Source: an uncultured Thermoprotei archaeon (GTDB lineage Archaea > Thermoproteota > Thermoprotei > Thermofilales > B15-G2). Taken from it: a DNA stretch of 64,000 bases. Position numbers and translations under genes: made by a program. The notes under the pieces are model-generated. The model did not search any database, was not told the DNA's origin, and was given only the letters and a program-made list of their open reading frames with translations. The stretch spans positions 46,924 through 110,923 of the forward strand of contig CBDUKN010000008.1 in the NCBI GenBank assembly GCA_965367815.1. Direction: 5' to 3'. Shown piece by piece: positions 21,112-32,060 of the stretch; position 1 is the first letter of the stretch, and the number at the start of each line of letters is the position of its first letter.

Positions 21112-21206
21112 TGCGCCGGCCGGGATTCGAACCCGGGTTCGCCGGCTTTCTTCACGCATTATAGCGTGTGGGAGGCCGGCATCCTACCAGGCTAGACCAC
21201 CGGCGC
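21112..21206 (-). tRNA. tRNA-Gly(CCC) with 21-nt intron at 37/38 (21148-21168)
   Basis: Cloverleaf GCGCCGG...CCGGCGCA, T-loop TTCGAAT, anticodon stem CCGGC/GCCGG, intron CACGCTATAATGCGTGAAGAA. Confidence 0.93.
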
Positions 21207-21269
21207 AATTTATCATTACTCAATTGAAGATATATATTTGTCGCCTTTCACGAACAGCAATAGAAATAA

Positions 21270-21788
21270 ATGTTCTTAAACCATATCTATGAAGTGGTAC
21301 TTCAAAAGAAAAAACGCTGTGCTGCTCTACTTACTGTTAAACCGGGTAAGGAAAATAGAGCACTACAAGACATAAAGGATCTCGTGTTTCCTTATGATCC
21401 CTCTATTCAGTTAATTAAAACAAAGTACAGCGGACTATTGCTGCTTTTTACCGACCTTGAGAAAGAGGAAATACTACGTCTTTTGTCTTCTGTACCGCTA
21501 CCGTTTCTAATTAAAACTACTGTATTCGATAAATATGCTCTCGATTCAAAAGAATACAATGATATAATATTATATGTAAAAGAGAGATTATTAAAATTTA
21601 AGTCAGATGAATATGTTGTATTAACTAAATTAAATATTAGAGGAAATAATAATAAAATATTAGCTTTAACTAGAACCGTTAACTCTATTCTAAATATACC
21701 GCACAAAAAGGAAAATATACGTAAAACAATAGTAGTAAAAATAGATGTTATAGACAACTTTGTAGGTTTAAATATTGATATGACTTAG
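21270..21788 (+). CDS. THUMP-like RNA-binding protein (tentative; start may be GTG at 21294)
   Basis: LLTVKPGKE...YDP...TKYSGLLLL resembles the N-terminal ferredoxin-like part of THUMP proteins. Confidence 0.5.
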   Translation: MFLNHIYEVVLQKKKRCAALLTVKPGKENRALQDIKDLVFPYDPSIQLIKTKYSGLLLLFTDLEKEEILRLLSSVPLPFLIKTTVFDKYALDSKEYNDIILYVKERLLKFKSDEYVVLTKLNIRGNNNKILALTRTVNSILNIPHKKENIRKTIVVKIDVIDNFVGLNIDMT

Positions 21789-21882
21789 CGATTGCTTAAT
21801 TTTATTATCTATAGTGTTCCCGCCCTAGTTAGCGATAGGAATAAATACTTTCAATAAAAGTATTGAGGTAGAGTGAAAGTAA

Positions 21883-23121
21883 ATGTCGCTGGAAAAAATA
21901 CTCTTTGGTGAGGGAAAAATAATTAGACGCGAAGAGGCTTTAATACCTTCGTCAAAATTTATTCCACGTAGACTTCCGTGTAGAGAAAAGCAGCTAGAAA
22001 AAATAGGAATATTGTTTAGAGACATTCTACGAACTAAGGGCTCTGTGTATGTTAGATGTGTCCTAGAAGGTCCTGTGGGTACAGGAAAAACCATTGTTTC
22101 ACAATATTTTGGAAAGAAAATAGAGGAAGCAGCCAAGAAGTATGGAATGAACTTACGTTACGTACATGTTAACTGTCCTAATAATCCCTCTCTCTTTAAA
22201 ATAATGAAAAAGATTGCAGAAAAATTAGGACTTTCAGTACCCAAACGCGGCTTATCAGCTCAAGAAATTATGCATCATGTATGGGAAACTTTAGTAGAAC
22301 AAAATACTTACATAATAGTAGCTCTCGACGATGCAGATTTATTAATTAAAAGAAATAGAGCCAGCAGCAGAGAAATTTTCTACAATTTACTCAGAATATC
22401 AGATGAATACTTTGATACAAAACAGCATGTAAATTATATAATTATAGTAAAAGAAATAAGCACACTATATTCTTTTGACGAAAGTATAACAAGTATGCTT
22501 TTACACAATATTATCAAGTTTCCTCCATATAGTAGTGAAGAAATAAAAGAAATTTTAGCCGAAAGAGTCTATGAAGAAAAAGCTGTTGTTGAAAATAGTG
22601 TTTCAGAAGAGATTTTAGATATGATAAGCGAATACATAGGTTACGATAGAGGGGGAACTGGAAACGCTAGACATGCATTAGAAATATTGTATTTAGCTTG
22701 TAAAAATGCTGAAATGCGGGGCGATACAAAAGTAACAGTAAATGATGTTAGACACGCCGCAAGTAAAGTGTGTTTAAGTCTCTCTATAGACGATATAAGA
22801 GGCTTAACATTACACGAAATACTTCTCTTGCTAGCTATTACGCGTATTTTTAAATACTCCGACAAGGAGTATGTAAAAATAGGTGATGTTGAAAAAATGT
22901 ATCACGTAGTATGCGAAGAATATTCAGAGAAACCTAGAGGTCATACACAAGTATGGGAATATGTTAAAAGATTAAGTAATATGAGGTTAATAAATGCAAG
23001 ATTATCGGGTGTGGGTGTAAGAGGAAAAACTACTCTGATATCGCTAGTATACCCTCCTGAAGACCTTGAGCATATTTTGGTCGAATATCTTAAAAATAGG
23101 CGCTTGTACGAGGAATACTAG
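21883..23121 (+). CDS. cdc6: Orc1/Cdc6 replication initiator
   Basis: LPCREKQ, Walker A GPVGTGKT, FPPYS, GNARHAL, C-terminal wHTH with RGKTT. Confidence 0.92.
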   Translation: MSLEKILFGEGKIIRREEALIPSSKFIPRRLPCREKQLEKIGILFRDILRTKGSVYVRCVLEGPVGTGKTIVSQYFGKKIEEAAKKYGMNLRYVHVNCPNNPSLFKIMKKIAEKLGLSVPKRGLSAQEIMHHVWETLVEQNTYIIVALDDADLLIKRNRASSREIFYNLLRISDEYFDTKQHVNYIIIVKEISTLYSFDESITSMLLHNIIKFPPYSSEEIKEILAERVYEEKAVVENSVSEEILDMISEYIGYDRGGTGNARHALEILYLACKNAEMRGDTKVTVNDVRHAASKVCLSLSIDDIRGLTLHEILLLLAITRIFKYSDKEYVKIGDVEKMYHVVCEEYSEKPRGHTQVWEYVKRLSNMRLINARLSGVGVRGKTTLISLVYPPEDLEHILVEYLKNRRLYEEY

Positions 23122-24356
23122 CTTGCATGCATTCTGATTATTTCTCTAAATGTTCTTTCGCTTATTCCGAGCCACTTTAGTATTTTTCGGCCCTGCTCTT
23201 TATTTGCCTCGTAGATGACTATTATATAGGGCAATATCTCTATATTTGCTTTAGATCTTGATACATGACACTTATTTCTAATTGTATCTAGTACTGCATT
23301 TAATTTTTCTCTATATTCCTTTGATTTAGACAATATTTTCAGTTTTTCGGGAAATGAGTATTTAACAAACTTTAGCCGCGGCTTACTGCGGATTAAAGAA
23401 ACTCCCATAGTCATTAATTCTAGAGCATAAGGCAAAAGCGACCAATTTTGCGTTTTCTTGATTCTACCCATTATCATATCTGCTTTAGACAACCTATCAT
23501 AGGCTTCTGCTAAAGCTTCGAGAGTTGTATACTGATACGGCAAATTTTCGTGAATATACTGGATGAACATTTCATAGTCGAATGAAGGGTTAAGTGTAAC
23601 AGCTTTTGCGTCAATGCACTTCTTAGCGAAAAAGACCTGTCTTACCATGTCGAACATCGACACTTGATGACTTCTTTCTCCAAGTAGCTTTATATCTTCT
23701 AGGGTTACTACTTTCTTGCCCTGAGCGATTGCCTGTAAATCATTGATACACGCCCTAAGATCCCCCTTATTTCTCTTAATAATTGCTTTTAATACTTCAT
23801 CACTAACTTTTACCCCTTCTTTTTCACATATTTTTCTAAGGACTCTTATTTGCAAGTATGCCGGAATAGGCTTAAATTCTATTAAAATACATTTGCCTCT
23901 TAAAGATTTGAGCTTGGGGTCCCATGGATCATTTGCAGTAAGAACTACAGGAACTTTAGTTTCGTTTAATAGTGATTCTATTGCACTAAGTGCTCCAATG
24001 TCTTCTCTAAGATTTATGCCGTCTACTTCGTCTAGAAGAACTATTTTTCCGCGATAACCGAAAAGACTTTTTTCCTTAATAGAGGTTTTTATTATTCTGT
24101 TTAAAGCTTTCGCTGTTCTTACATCACTTGCATTCATTTCTATTACTTCTAAATTAAATTCTTCAGCAGCCGCATGCACCAATGTAGTTTTACCGCAACC
24201 TGGGGGACCATAAAACAGCGCTCCTCTTTTTTCGGGTATTTTTCCACTGAGCCATATTTTTAGCCATTTAATGAACTTTTCTTTAGCTTCGTTATTACCT
24301 ACTACTTCACTAACTCTTCGTGGCCTGTATTTTTCAGTCCATAAAGTCTGCGCCAT
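23118..24356 (-). CDS. rfcL: Replication factor C large subunit
   Basis: [33 protein letters not shown]. Confidence 0.95.
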   Translation of the reverse strand: MAQTLWTEKYRPRRVSEVVGNNEAKEKFIKWLKIWLSGKIPEKRGALFYGPPGCGKTTLVHAAAEEFNLEVIEMNASDVRTAKALNRIIKTSIKEKSLFGYRGKIVLLDEVDGINLREDIGALSAIESLLNETKVPVVLTANDPWDPKLKSLRGKCILIEFKPIPAYLQIRVLRKICEKEGVKVSDEVLKAIIKRNKGDLRACINDLQAIAQGKKVVTLEDIKLLGERSHQVSMFDMVRQVFFAKKCIDAKAVTLNPSFDYEMFIQYIHENLPYQYTTLEALAEAYDRLSKADMIMGRIKKTQNWSLLPYALELMTMGVSLIRSKPRLKFVKYSFPEKLKILSKSKEYREKLNAVLDTIRNKCHVSRSKANIEILPYIIVIYEANKEQGRKILKWLGISERTFREIIRMHAS

Positions 24357-24391
24357 TAGTCATCCCCGAATCGTGTTCACTTAGACTTTGT

Positions 24392-25396
24392 TTACAGATA
24401 CTTTTTCCCGAGTAGCGCCATCTTAGCTAAGAACGCGCTAAGCTGTATCTCTTCATCAGCTCCTTCTACTAGTCTAAAATTAATTTCGCCGGCCAGATCT
24501 ACTAGCTCTACTTTAGCTTCTTCAGGTAAGCCTAATTCAGATCTAGGATTAAGTATTTCTCGGTGAATTAGCTTAAGTATATCTAGCCCTGATAAGCCAT
24601 AGTAGGCCATAAGTTCTCTTAGCTTACCTCTAGCCTTAATGAAATTGCCCGTCAGTGCTAGCTTAATAAGTTCTCTGATTTCTTTAGGTGACACTTTTCC
24701 TACAACTTTGTATACGGCTTGCTCATCTACAACATCTCCTAAGGCGGCCGCTGCCTGAAGAGTATTAATAGCTCTTCTCAGATCCCCACCACTTACTTCC
24801 CATATTGCCTCTAATCCATCTTCGGTTATCTTCACGCCTTCTTGCTCACAAATATGCTTTATTCTAGCAAGCACATCCTCCTTTTTGAGTGGCTGAAATC
24901 TGAAAATAGCGCATCGTGACTGAATAGGCTCAATTATTTTCGACGGGTAGTTAGCAATTAAACAGAATCTAGCTGTACGAGAGTACATTTCCATCATTCT
25001 TCTGAGTGCCTGCTGGGCATCACTGGTCATGTTGTCTGCTTCATCGAGTATTATTAGCTTAAACGGAACTTCTCCTAAAGCCACTGTACGCGCATAATCC
25101 TTTACTCTCTCTCTAATAACTTGTATTCCTCTTTCATCAGACGCGTTAAGCTCTAAGACATTCGCTCTCCAGTTTTCTCCGTAAAGCTCTCTTGCTAAAC
25201 ACAAAGCTGCTGTAGTTTTTCCTGTACCGGGTGGTCCAGCAAAGAGTAAGTGAGGTAAGCTTTTTTCTCGAACAAACTTCTTAAGTCTTTCAACTACTTC
25301 CTTCTGGTTAATCATTTCATCTAGTCTCTTAGGACGATACTTTTCAACCCATAATTCTAGCTTATCTTCTGTGCTCAAGTTAACCCCTTTTAACAC
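24392..25396 (-). CDS. rfcS: Replication factor C small subunit
   Basis: WVEKYRP, GPPGTGKT, ELNASDERG, DEAD, IQSRC; no intein. Confidence 0.97.
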   Translation of the reverse strand: MLKGVNLSTEDKLELWVEKYRPKRLDEMINQKEVVERLKKFVREKSLPHLLFAGPPGTGKTTAALCLARELYGENWRANVLELNASDERGIQVIRERVKDYARTVALGEVPFKLIILDEADNMTSDAQQALRRMMEMYSRTARFCLIANYPSKIIEPIQSRCAIFRFQPLKKEDVLARIKHICEQEGVKITEDGLEAIWEVSGGDLRRAINTLQAAAALGDVVDEQAVYKVVGKVSPKEIRELIKLALTGNFIKARGKLRELMAYYGLSGLDILKLIHREILNPRSELGLPEEAKVELVDLAGEINFRLVEGADEEIQLSAFLAKMALLGKKYL

Positions 25397-25496
25397 ATTT
25401 ATACTGACGTATATACTTTTGCCGCTAAAAACAACGTGATAATACAGAAATAATATTATTAGACTCTCAAAGAAACTAGATAACTACTAAAAACTG

Positions 25497-26084
25497 TTAT
25501 CTAGATGCTAATGCTATACGCTCTATTTCTTCCTTCTTTCTTACTGCATAACTTGATGGATCATTATTAGCTGCATTAATTATTTCGTCTGCTAGACACT
25601 CTTCTATAGTTTTGGGATTGTTAAATGCAGCTAGTCTAGCTCCTTCACTTATAAATCTTAGAGCCAAGTCTACTCTTCTTTGAGGCGCCACATCAACAGA
25701 TACATGGTAAAGTATTCCTCCGTAAATAATTCTTGTTGTTTCTTCTCTTGGTGCAGCGTTTTCTATAGCTCTTACAAGGACTTGTATTGGATTCTCTCCC
25801 GTTTTTAAGTATATGATATCAAATGCTCTTTTAACAATGTTTACTGCCATATGTTTCTTTCCAGCATTTCTTCCAGGCCTCATTAACTGGTTTACTAGTC
25901 GTTCCACTATGTTTACTTTAGACTTAGCGAACCTCCTTTTAGCATGTCTGCCTTCGCTGTGAGGTATGAATACTGGGTCTAAGCATATATACTGCTTTAA
26001 GCCTGGGTCTCTTACTTCGATGTTCTTGAATGACCATTTTCCAAACAATTTGATTTCTTTTCCATCGAGAGTTTGCTCAACCAT
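25497..26084 (-). CDS. rps7: 30S ribosomal protein uS7
   Basis: [31 protein letters not shown]. Confidence 0.97.
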   Translation of the reverse strand: MVEQTLDGKEIKLFGKWSFKNIEVRDPGLKQYICLDPVFIPHSEGRHAKRRFAKSKVNIVERLVNQLMRPGRNAGKKHMAVNIVKRAFDIIYLKTGENPIQVLVRAIENAAPREETTRIIYGGILYHVSVDVAPQRRVDLALRFISEGARLAAFNNPKTIEECLADEIINAANNDPSSYAVRKKEEIERIALASR

Positions 26085-26119
26085 ATTCTTACAGCCTTTC
26101 TTTTCGTGACTTAAAAGTT

Positions 26120-27574
26120 TTATCCCTTAGTCACAGCTATAGGTACTAATCGAACCACTTTTGTGGCTATTCCAACTCTATGACTTACTTCAGCAACTCT
26201 GTCAACATCCTTGTAAGCTCCTGGTGCTTCTTCAGCAACCACTCTGATGTTTGCTGCTCTTACTAGAATTCCCCGCTTTTCTAGCTCCGCCTTAACTTTA
26301 GAGCCCCAGTAACGCCTTATTGCTGCCTGTCTGCTTAAGAATCTTCCAGCACCATGAGCAGTACTTCCGAAAGTTATTTCCATGGCACGTGGAGTTCCTA
26401 CGAGAGCATATGATGCTGTACCCATCGATCCTGGTATCAAGACAGGCTGCCCAATGTTTTTGTACTTTGCTGGAATATCAGGGTGTCCAGGAGGAAACGC
26501 CCTTGTCGCACCCTTTCTATGAACTATTACTTTTTTAGTAGCACCGTCGATTTTATGGTATTCTATTTTAGCAATATTGTGAGCAACATCATAAACTAGC
26601 TGCAGTCCGAGTTCGTCTGCTTTTTTCTTAAATACTTTCTCGAAAGCCTGTCTAGTCCAGTGAAGTATGCACTGTCTATTAGCCCAAGCGAAGTTACAGG
26701 CGCAGCTCATTGCTGCAAAATAGTCCTCTGCTTCCTTGCTTTTTACAGGAGCGCAAGCAAGCTCTCTATCGGGAGGCCTTATTCCATACTTTCTCATAGC
26801 GTGCTCCATCACTCTCAAATAGTCGCTACATACTTGATGCCCGAAACCTCTACTTCCAGTATGTATCATTACTGTTACTTGTCCTTCTTCATATATTCCC
26901 ATTTCTTTAGCTGCTTTAGGATCGTATATTTTGTCTACCACCTGTATCTCAAGGAAATGATTTCCGCTTCCTAGCGTTCCTAGTTGTCCTGAACCTCTCT
27001 GCTTAGCGCGCTCTGAAACTTTATCGGGGTTTGCTGTCTTCATACATCCTTTTTCTTCGCAGAATTCCGCGTCTTCTGGCCATCCATAGCCATGTTTAAT
27101 AGCCCAACCTACTCCTTCGCTCAGAACATTATCTAATTCACTTGTCGAAAGCCTTATTTTACCTCTTACACCTACACCTGAAGGTACTAAGGAGAAAATA
27201 GTGTCTATAAGCTCTTTTAGTACAGGTTTTACATCTTTTATCGTTAGGTCTGTTCGCACAAGTCTTACTCCGCAGTTAATATCGTATCCAACTCCTCCTG
27301 GACTAATTACACCTTCTTCAGCATCTATTGCAGCGACTCCACCTATTGGAAAACCGTATCCCTGATGAGCATCTGGTAGAGCTATAGCATATTTATAGAT
27401 TCCAGGTAAGTGAGCAACGTTTGCACATTGTACTAACGTGAGGTCACTCTTCATTTTCTGTAGAAGATAATCATCTGCGAAGATCCTTCCAGGAACTCTC
27501 ATTCCAGGCTTATATGACTTAGGAATTTCCCATACGTAGTCTCCTAGCTTAATTAAAGGAACATTAACAGACAT
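26120..27574 (-). CDS. rtcB: tRNA-splicing ligase RtcB
   Basis: [47 protein letters not shown]. Confidence 0.98.
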   Translation of the reverse strand: MSVNVPLIKLGDYVWEIPKSYKPGMRVPGRIFADDYLLQKMKSDLTLVQCANVAHLPGIYKYAIALPDAHQGYGFPIGGVAAIDAEEGVISPGGVGYDINCGVRLVRTDLTIKDVKPVLKELIDTIFSLVPSGVGVRGKIRLSTSELDNVLSEGVGWAIKHGYGWPEDAEFCEEKGCMKTANPDKVSERAKQRGSGQLGTLGSGNHFLEIQVVDKIYDPKAAKEMGIYEEGQVTVMIHTGSRGFGHQVCSDYLRVMEHAMRKYGIRPPDRELACAPVKSKEAEDYFAAMSCACNFAWANRQCILHWTRQAFEKVFKKKADELGLQLVYDVAHNIAKIEYHKIDGATKKVIVHRKGATRAFPPGHPDIPAKYKNIGQPVLIPGSMGTASYALVGTPRAMEITFGSTAHGAGRFLSRQAAIRRYWGSKVKAELEKRGILVRAANIRVVAEEAPGAYKDVDRVAEVSHRVGIATKVVRLVPIAVTKG

Positions 27575-27675
27575 TATCTTCACCCTCTAGCACATTTCTT
27601 AGAAGTCTTATTTATAAAAACTTTACTTGTCCTAAACAACTACAGAAGAACTTTCTATGCCATAGATCTGGCGCA

Positions 27676-28122
27676 CTATATATCTAAGACAAACTTGACC
27701 ACATACTTTCCATTTTCTTCACTAATTTCCATTAATGAATAAGTAACTGCCTTTACTAGAGTTCTTTGTTCGTGTTTTTGCGGATCAAAGGGTTCTCCCC
27801 AAGCTTCAGCTGTGAGTATAAAGGTATCGTTCTTCTTAGATATGCTTTGAACACGTATTTTTGAAAAAACTAAATTCTTTACTTCAAAAAGATAGAGCAA
27901 TTCTTCAAGCCAATTATATAGAAGAGACTGCTTATCAAAGCCCTCAACTTCAATTTTTTCACATACCTTAGAGTCAACTTTGCTTGTATCTGTCATCACT
28001 TCAAAAAGAGCTACTCCCGCATTAGCGTATGCCTCTTCAAGTGTTCTTCCATAAGCCGCTATATATACGTCGGCAGTATGCTCAAGAAACTTAAATCTCT
28101 TAAAATTCTCATTTTTAGTCAT
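27676..28122 (-). CDS. Archease (RtcB cofactor)
   Basis: EHTADV, VKAVTY, terminal LDI; adjacent to rtcB; ORF-track N-terminal extension runs through the tRNA. Confidence 0.94.
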   Translation of the reverse strand: MTKNENFKRFKFLEHTADVYIAAYGRTLEEAYANAGVALFEVMTDTSKVDSKVCEKIEVEGFDKQSLLYNWLEELLYLFEVKNLVFSKIRVQSISKKNDTFILTAEAWGEPFDPQKHEQRTLVKAVTYSLMEISEENGKYVVKFVLDI

Positions 28123-28145
28123 TGTCTCCCCCATGTAACAAATAT

Positions 28146-28233
28146 TGGCGCCGGGGGTGGGATTTGAACCCACGCGGCCCATAGGGCCATCGGCTCTCCA
28201 GGCCGACGCCTTAGACCACTCGGCCACCCCGGC
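28146..28233 (-). tRNA. tRNA-Ser(GGA), no intron, CCA encoded
   Basis: GCCGGGG...CCCCGGCGCCA, long variable arm GGCCC-TAT-GGGCC, loop CTGGAGA. Confidence 0.96.
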
Positions 28234-28381
28234 ATCCTAAACCTATATTATCTGACACTTAAATCTTTCTCTTAAAAGGCAGTAAACACTTACCATAGTG
28301 TCAGCTTACAAAGCTAAGAAAAAATCGAATACAAGAATAGTAAATTTAAAAGACGGAGTACCCAGAGTTGGATAAATAATA

Positions 28382-28690
28382 CTATCTCATTTCAAGTTCT
28401 ACGTGCACTGACTCTGGTATTTTTATTCTCATTAATTGACGTATTGCACGCTCGTCAGCATCCATATCAATTATTCTTTTATGGATTCTCATCTCCCACT
28501 TATCGAAAGTATGAGTGCCCTGACCCGATGGAGCTCTTCTAACGGTAACTACAAGTCTTTTTGTAGGTAGCGGTATAGGCCCTCGTATTCTTACGCCTGT
28601 TTTCTGGGCAACTCTCTTGATTTCTTCGCAGACTTCATTTAAGTCTCTAGGCGAAGTTCCGTACAGTTTTATTCTAACTATTCTGGGCAC
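28382..28690 (-). CDS. rps10: 30S ribosomal protein uS10
   Basis: [18 protein letters not shown]. Confidence 0.97.
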   Translation of the reverse strand: MPRIVRIKLYGTSPRDLNEVCEEIKRVAQKTGVRIRGPIPLPTKRLVVTVRRAPSGQGTHTFDKWEMRIHKRIIDMDADERAIRQLMRIKIPESVHVELEMR

Positions 28691-28718
28691 TGAATAACCC
28701 CCGGTAGGATATTTTATG

Positions 28719-30020
28719 TTACTTTCCTATTTTAGCTGGTTTTACATCGATGACTGTTCCTGCAGCTACTGTTCTACCAGAGTCTCTTATAGCGAACCTG
28801 CCTAATGGTGGGAACTCAGAGTATTTTTCTACTACCACTGGTTTTAGTGGCTTTAGCTTAACGATAGCAGCATCTCCTTGCCTTAGGTAAGATGGATGAT
28901 CCTCTACAGTGGCGCCTGTTCTGGGATCTAGCTTCTTAACTAATTCGGCAAATCTTACAGGTACAGTGGCTGTGTGTATGTGTAATACTGGTGTATAGCC
29001 TGCGCCTATTGCTGTCGGGTGGTATAGTACGAAGATTCTTGCTACAAACTCTTCTGCTACCGTAGGCGATGAAGTTGGATGACCGCATACGTCGCCTCTT
29101 CTTAATTCGTCTCTCGCAATACCTTTAACGTTGAATCCTATGTTGTCACCGGGCATTGCTTTCTCGATTCTTACGTGGTGTGTTTCTATAGACTTTACTT
29201 CACCCTTCTTGTTTGGTGGCATGAAGACCACTACATCACCTACCTTAAGTATTCCTGTCTCAACACGTCCAACAGGAACTGTGCCTACTCCTGTAATTGA
29301 ATATACATCCTGGATTGGTATTCTTAGAGGCTTGTCTACTGGTCGTGGAGGAACTTCGAATGTGTCAAGTGCTTCGATTAGTGTAGGTCCCTTGTACCAT
29401 GGCATGTTGGGGCTTGGTTTAATTAAGTTGTCTCCATAGTAAGCGGAGACTGGTACAAATGGTATTTTATCTACTTTGTATCCGACCATTCTGAGAAGCT
29501 TACTTACTCCTTGTTTTACTTCTTCGTAGCGCTCTTGGCTCCAGTTCACTGTGTCCATCTTGTTGATTGCTACAACTAGCTGGTTAATACCCATCGTTTT
29601 AGCTAAGAATATGTGCTCTCTAGTTTGTCCTGCAGGACCTGTACCGGCTTCATATTCTCCTTGCTTAGCTGAAACTACTAATATGGCACAGTCTGCCTGA
29701 GAAGCTCCAGTTACCATGTTTTTAACAAAGTCTCTATGGCCTGGACAATCAATTAATGTGAAGAAGAATTTCTTTGTCTCGAACTTGAAAAATGATAAGT
29801 CAATGGTCATGTCACGCTCTCTTTCCTCCTTGTATGTATCTAGAATCCATGCCCACTTAGCAAACTCTTTTCCAGATTTTTTAGCTAGCTCCTCTAGTTC
29901 TTTGATTTTTCTTTCGTCAACGTGTCCTGTTAGGAAGAGTAGGTGACCTGTTAGTGTAGACTTACCGTGGTCTACGTGACCTATTATTACTAAGTTTAAG
30001 TGAGGTTTTTCAGAGGACAT
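28719..30020 (-). CDS. tuf: Elongation factor aEF-1alpha
   Basis: [28 protein letters not shown]. Confidence 0.98.
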   Translation of the reverse strand: MSSEKPHLNLVIIGHVDHGKSTLTGHLLFLTGHVDERKIKELEELAKKSGKEFAKWAWILDTYKEERERDMTIDLSFFKFETKKFFFTLIDCPGHRDFVKNMVTGASQADCAILVVSAKQGEYEAGTGPAGQTREHIFLAKTMGINQLVVAINKMDTVNWSQERYEEVKQGVSKLLRMVGYKVDKIPFVPVSAYYGDNLIKPSPNMPWYKGPTLIEALDTFEVPPRPVDKPLRIPIQDVYSITGVGTVPVGRVETGILKVGDVVVFMPPNKKGEVKSIETHHVRIEKAMPGDNIGFNVKGIARDELRRGDVCGHPTSSPTVAEEFVARIFVLYHPTAIGAGYTPVLHIHTATVPVRFAELVKKLDPRTGATVEDHPSYLRQGDAAIVKLKPLKPVVVEKYSEFPPLGRFAIRDSGRTVAAGTVIDVKPAKIGK

Positions 30021-30148
30021 ACTTCTCACCCACTGCGAACAGACATTACCTTAGCTCCTATTTAAACTTTCCCCATGAGATTAAAGCTTAAAAAGAAAAT
30101 CTCGATAGTTACGATTAGACAACTAAGCAATTAAGAGAGGTGTAGACA

Positions 30149-30667
30149 ATGGATATCTGGTCTCTCTACTTCGCAATAATAGAAGCTCTCAGAAACATGC
30201 TCCTGCCTCTGTATACTTCATCGTATCCATTATTCTTACTTGCATTAACACTTTTCATGACAACATTTATACTATTAACAATAATACTAAATATATTACT
30301 AGTCAACTATAAGAAAATATCATATTTAACACAAGAGATAATTGCTTGGGAAAAAGCAAAGGAAAGGGCTATAAAAACAAAAAATAGAAAGCTTTATAAT
30401 AAGATTATGAGACAAAAAACTAGAATAAGTAATATTAAAACCGAAATGGAAAAAGAAAAAATGAAAGGCTATATAATAAGCGCAATAGTATGGATTATTT
30501 CATTTAAAATACTAACAGATATATTTACTAACGTAAACATTATATATGCACCATTTCTAGGACGCCCAATAAATGTAACTTACTACTTTATATTAATAAG
30601 CATATGGCTATACCCTATGATAACATATTTAATGCAGAGTAAAATATTAAAGATAAAACTATTATAA
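30149..30667 (+). CDS. DUF106/EMC3-TMCO1-like membrane protein (Oxa1 superfamily, tentative)
   Basis: TM, coiled coil, TM, TM topology; conserved position upstream of eL34-cmk-eL14. Confidence 0.65.
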   Translation: MDIWSLYFAIIEALRNMLLPLYTSSYPLFLLALTLFMTTFILLTIILNILLVNYKKISYLTQEIIAWEKAKERAIKTKNRKLYNKIMRQKTRISNIKTEMEKEKMKGYIISAIVWIISFKILTDIFTNVNIIYAPFLGRPINVTYYFILISIWLYPMITYLMQSKILKIKLL

Positions 30668-30752
30668 ACTATTCATCGTCCTTTTACACAATAGACACAT
30701 AAGCCGGAGAGAAATATTTAAAATATAGTACCTATATCCTCTTTGAAGACCC

Positions 30753-31013
30753 ATGCCGAGACCTGCTCTAAGGAGCAGGAGTCTTAGGAGAGTAAAGGTA
30801 AGAACTCCTGGAGGCCGCACTGCAATACATTATGAGAAGAGAAAACATAATGTTCCGAAGTGTGCCATATGTAAGAAACCATTACGGGGCGTAGGCAAAT
30901 TAACAGCAAGAGAAGAAAGAAAGGGCGTTCGTATGCCTACCAGACCTTTTGGTGGCTACCTATGTCACTTATGTCTGGAAAAAGCTCTCAAGAAAGCCAT
31001 AAGGGGAATTTAA
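30753..31013 (+). CDS. rpl34e: 50S ribosomal protein eL34
   Basis: RTPGG, CAIC, RPFGGYLCHLC. Confidence 0.97.
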   Translation: MPRPALRSRSLRRVKVRTPGGRTAIHYEKRKHNVPKCAICKKPLRGVGKLTAREERKGVRMPTRPFGGYLCHLCLEKALKKAIRGI

Positions 31014-31552
31014 GAAATCTAGTAATAGCAATAAGCGGATCCCCTGGCTCTGGAAAAAGTACATGCGCGAAAATCTTAGCTAAGAAATATGGATTAAGAT
31101 ATATTTCTGCAGGAAAGCTTTTCAGAGAACTGGCCAAGAAAAAGGGTATCAGTACAGAAGATCTCCATAAATTAGCTGAAAAGAACTATGAAATCGACAA
31201 ATACATTGACAATAGATCTCTTGAAGAAGCTAAAAAAGGTTATGCAGTAATAGAAGGCCATCTAACTGCATGGATATTAAAAGATATAGCAGATGTAAAA
31301 ATATATTTAAAAGCATCACTTGAAGAAAGAGCAAAAAGAATTTCTCAGAGAGATAAAATTCCTATAGATAAAGCATTAAAAGAAATATTATTTAGAGAAA
31401 AATCAAATAAAGAAAGATTTAAGAAAATATACAACATAGATACAGATGATTTAAGTATATTTGATCTTATTATTGATACAACAAGAATATCACCGTATAC
31501 TGTAGTTAAAATAATCTCTATATACATAGATTCATTAAATATCGAGAAGTGA
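30971..31552 (+). CDS. cmk: Cytidylate kinase (start uncertain)
   Basis: IAISGSPGSGKST, SAGKLFRE, EGHL; conserved position after eL34. Confidence 0.92.
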   Translation: MSGKSSQESHKGNLRNLVIAISGSPGSGKSTCAKILAKKYGLRYISAGKLFRELAKKKGISTEDLHKLAEKNYEIDKYIDNRSLEEAKKGYAVIEGHLTAWILKDIADVKIYLKASLEERAKRISQRDKIPIDKALKEILFREKSNKERFKKIYNIDTDDLSIFDLIIDTTRISPYTVVKIISIYIDSLNIEK

Positions 31553-31713
31553 AGATAAAACAAAAACAAGTAACGTTACTATTGGTTAATTTAAATACAA
31601 TTCCTTTATATAAAATACTATAACAGTATTTAAAACAACTTGCTTATCGAGACCACAACATCTTTAATAGTAAAATTTAATTATATGCAAAAAGTCTTCT
31701 TAGAGGATCCGAT

Positions 31714-32001
31714 ATGACTGCGTTTTCAATAGGAAGAATCTGCGTAAAACTAAGAGGGCGTGAAGCAGGAAGAAAGTGTGTTATCGTCGATATAATAGAC
31801 GACAGATTTGTACTAGTAACAGGACCTAAAGAAATTAGTGGTGTAAAGCGTAGACGTGCAAACGTTAAACATTTAGAGCCTACAAAATACAAAATAAATA
31901 TTCAGAGAAATGCATCAGACGAGGAAGTAAAGAAAGCATTAGAAGAAGCGGGTCTAATAGACTTCATGCGGGAAAATGTAGCTCCTAAGCTATCTATATA
32001 A
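31714..32001 (+). CDS. rpl14e: 50S ribosomal protein eL14
   Basis: [27 protein letters not shown]. Confidence 0.96.
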   Translation: MTAFSIGRICVKLRGREAGRKCVIVDIIDDRFVLVTGPKEISGVKRRRANVKHLEPTKYKINIQRNASDEEVKKALEEAGLIDFMRENVAPKLSI

Positions 32002-32060
32002 TTTTTCTAAAGATTCAAGGTACAGCAACGAATTTATAGTAGAATTAAATTTCGATCTTT

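Noticed and set aside
28123-28227. ORF-track N-terminal extension of archease
   Set aside because: It overlaps tRNA-Ser(GGA); an SD-like GGGGAG precedes ATG 28122
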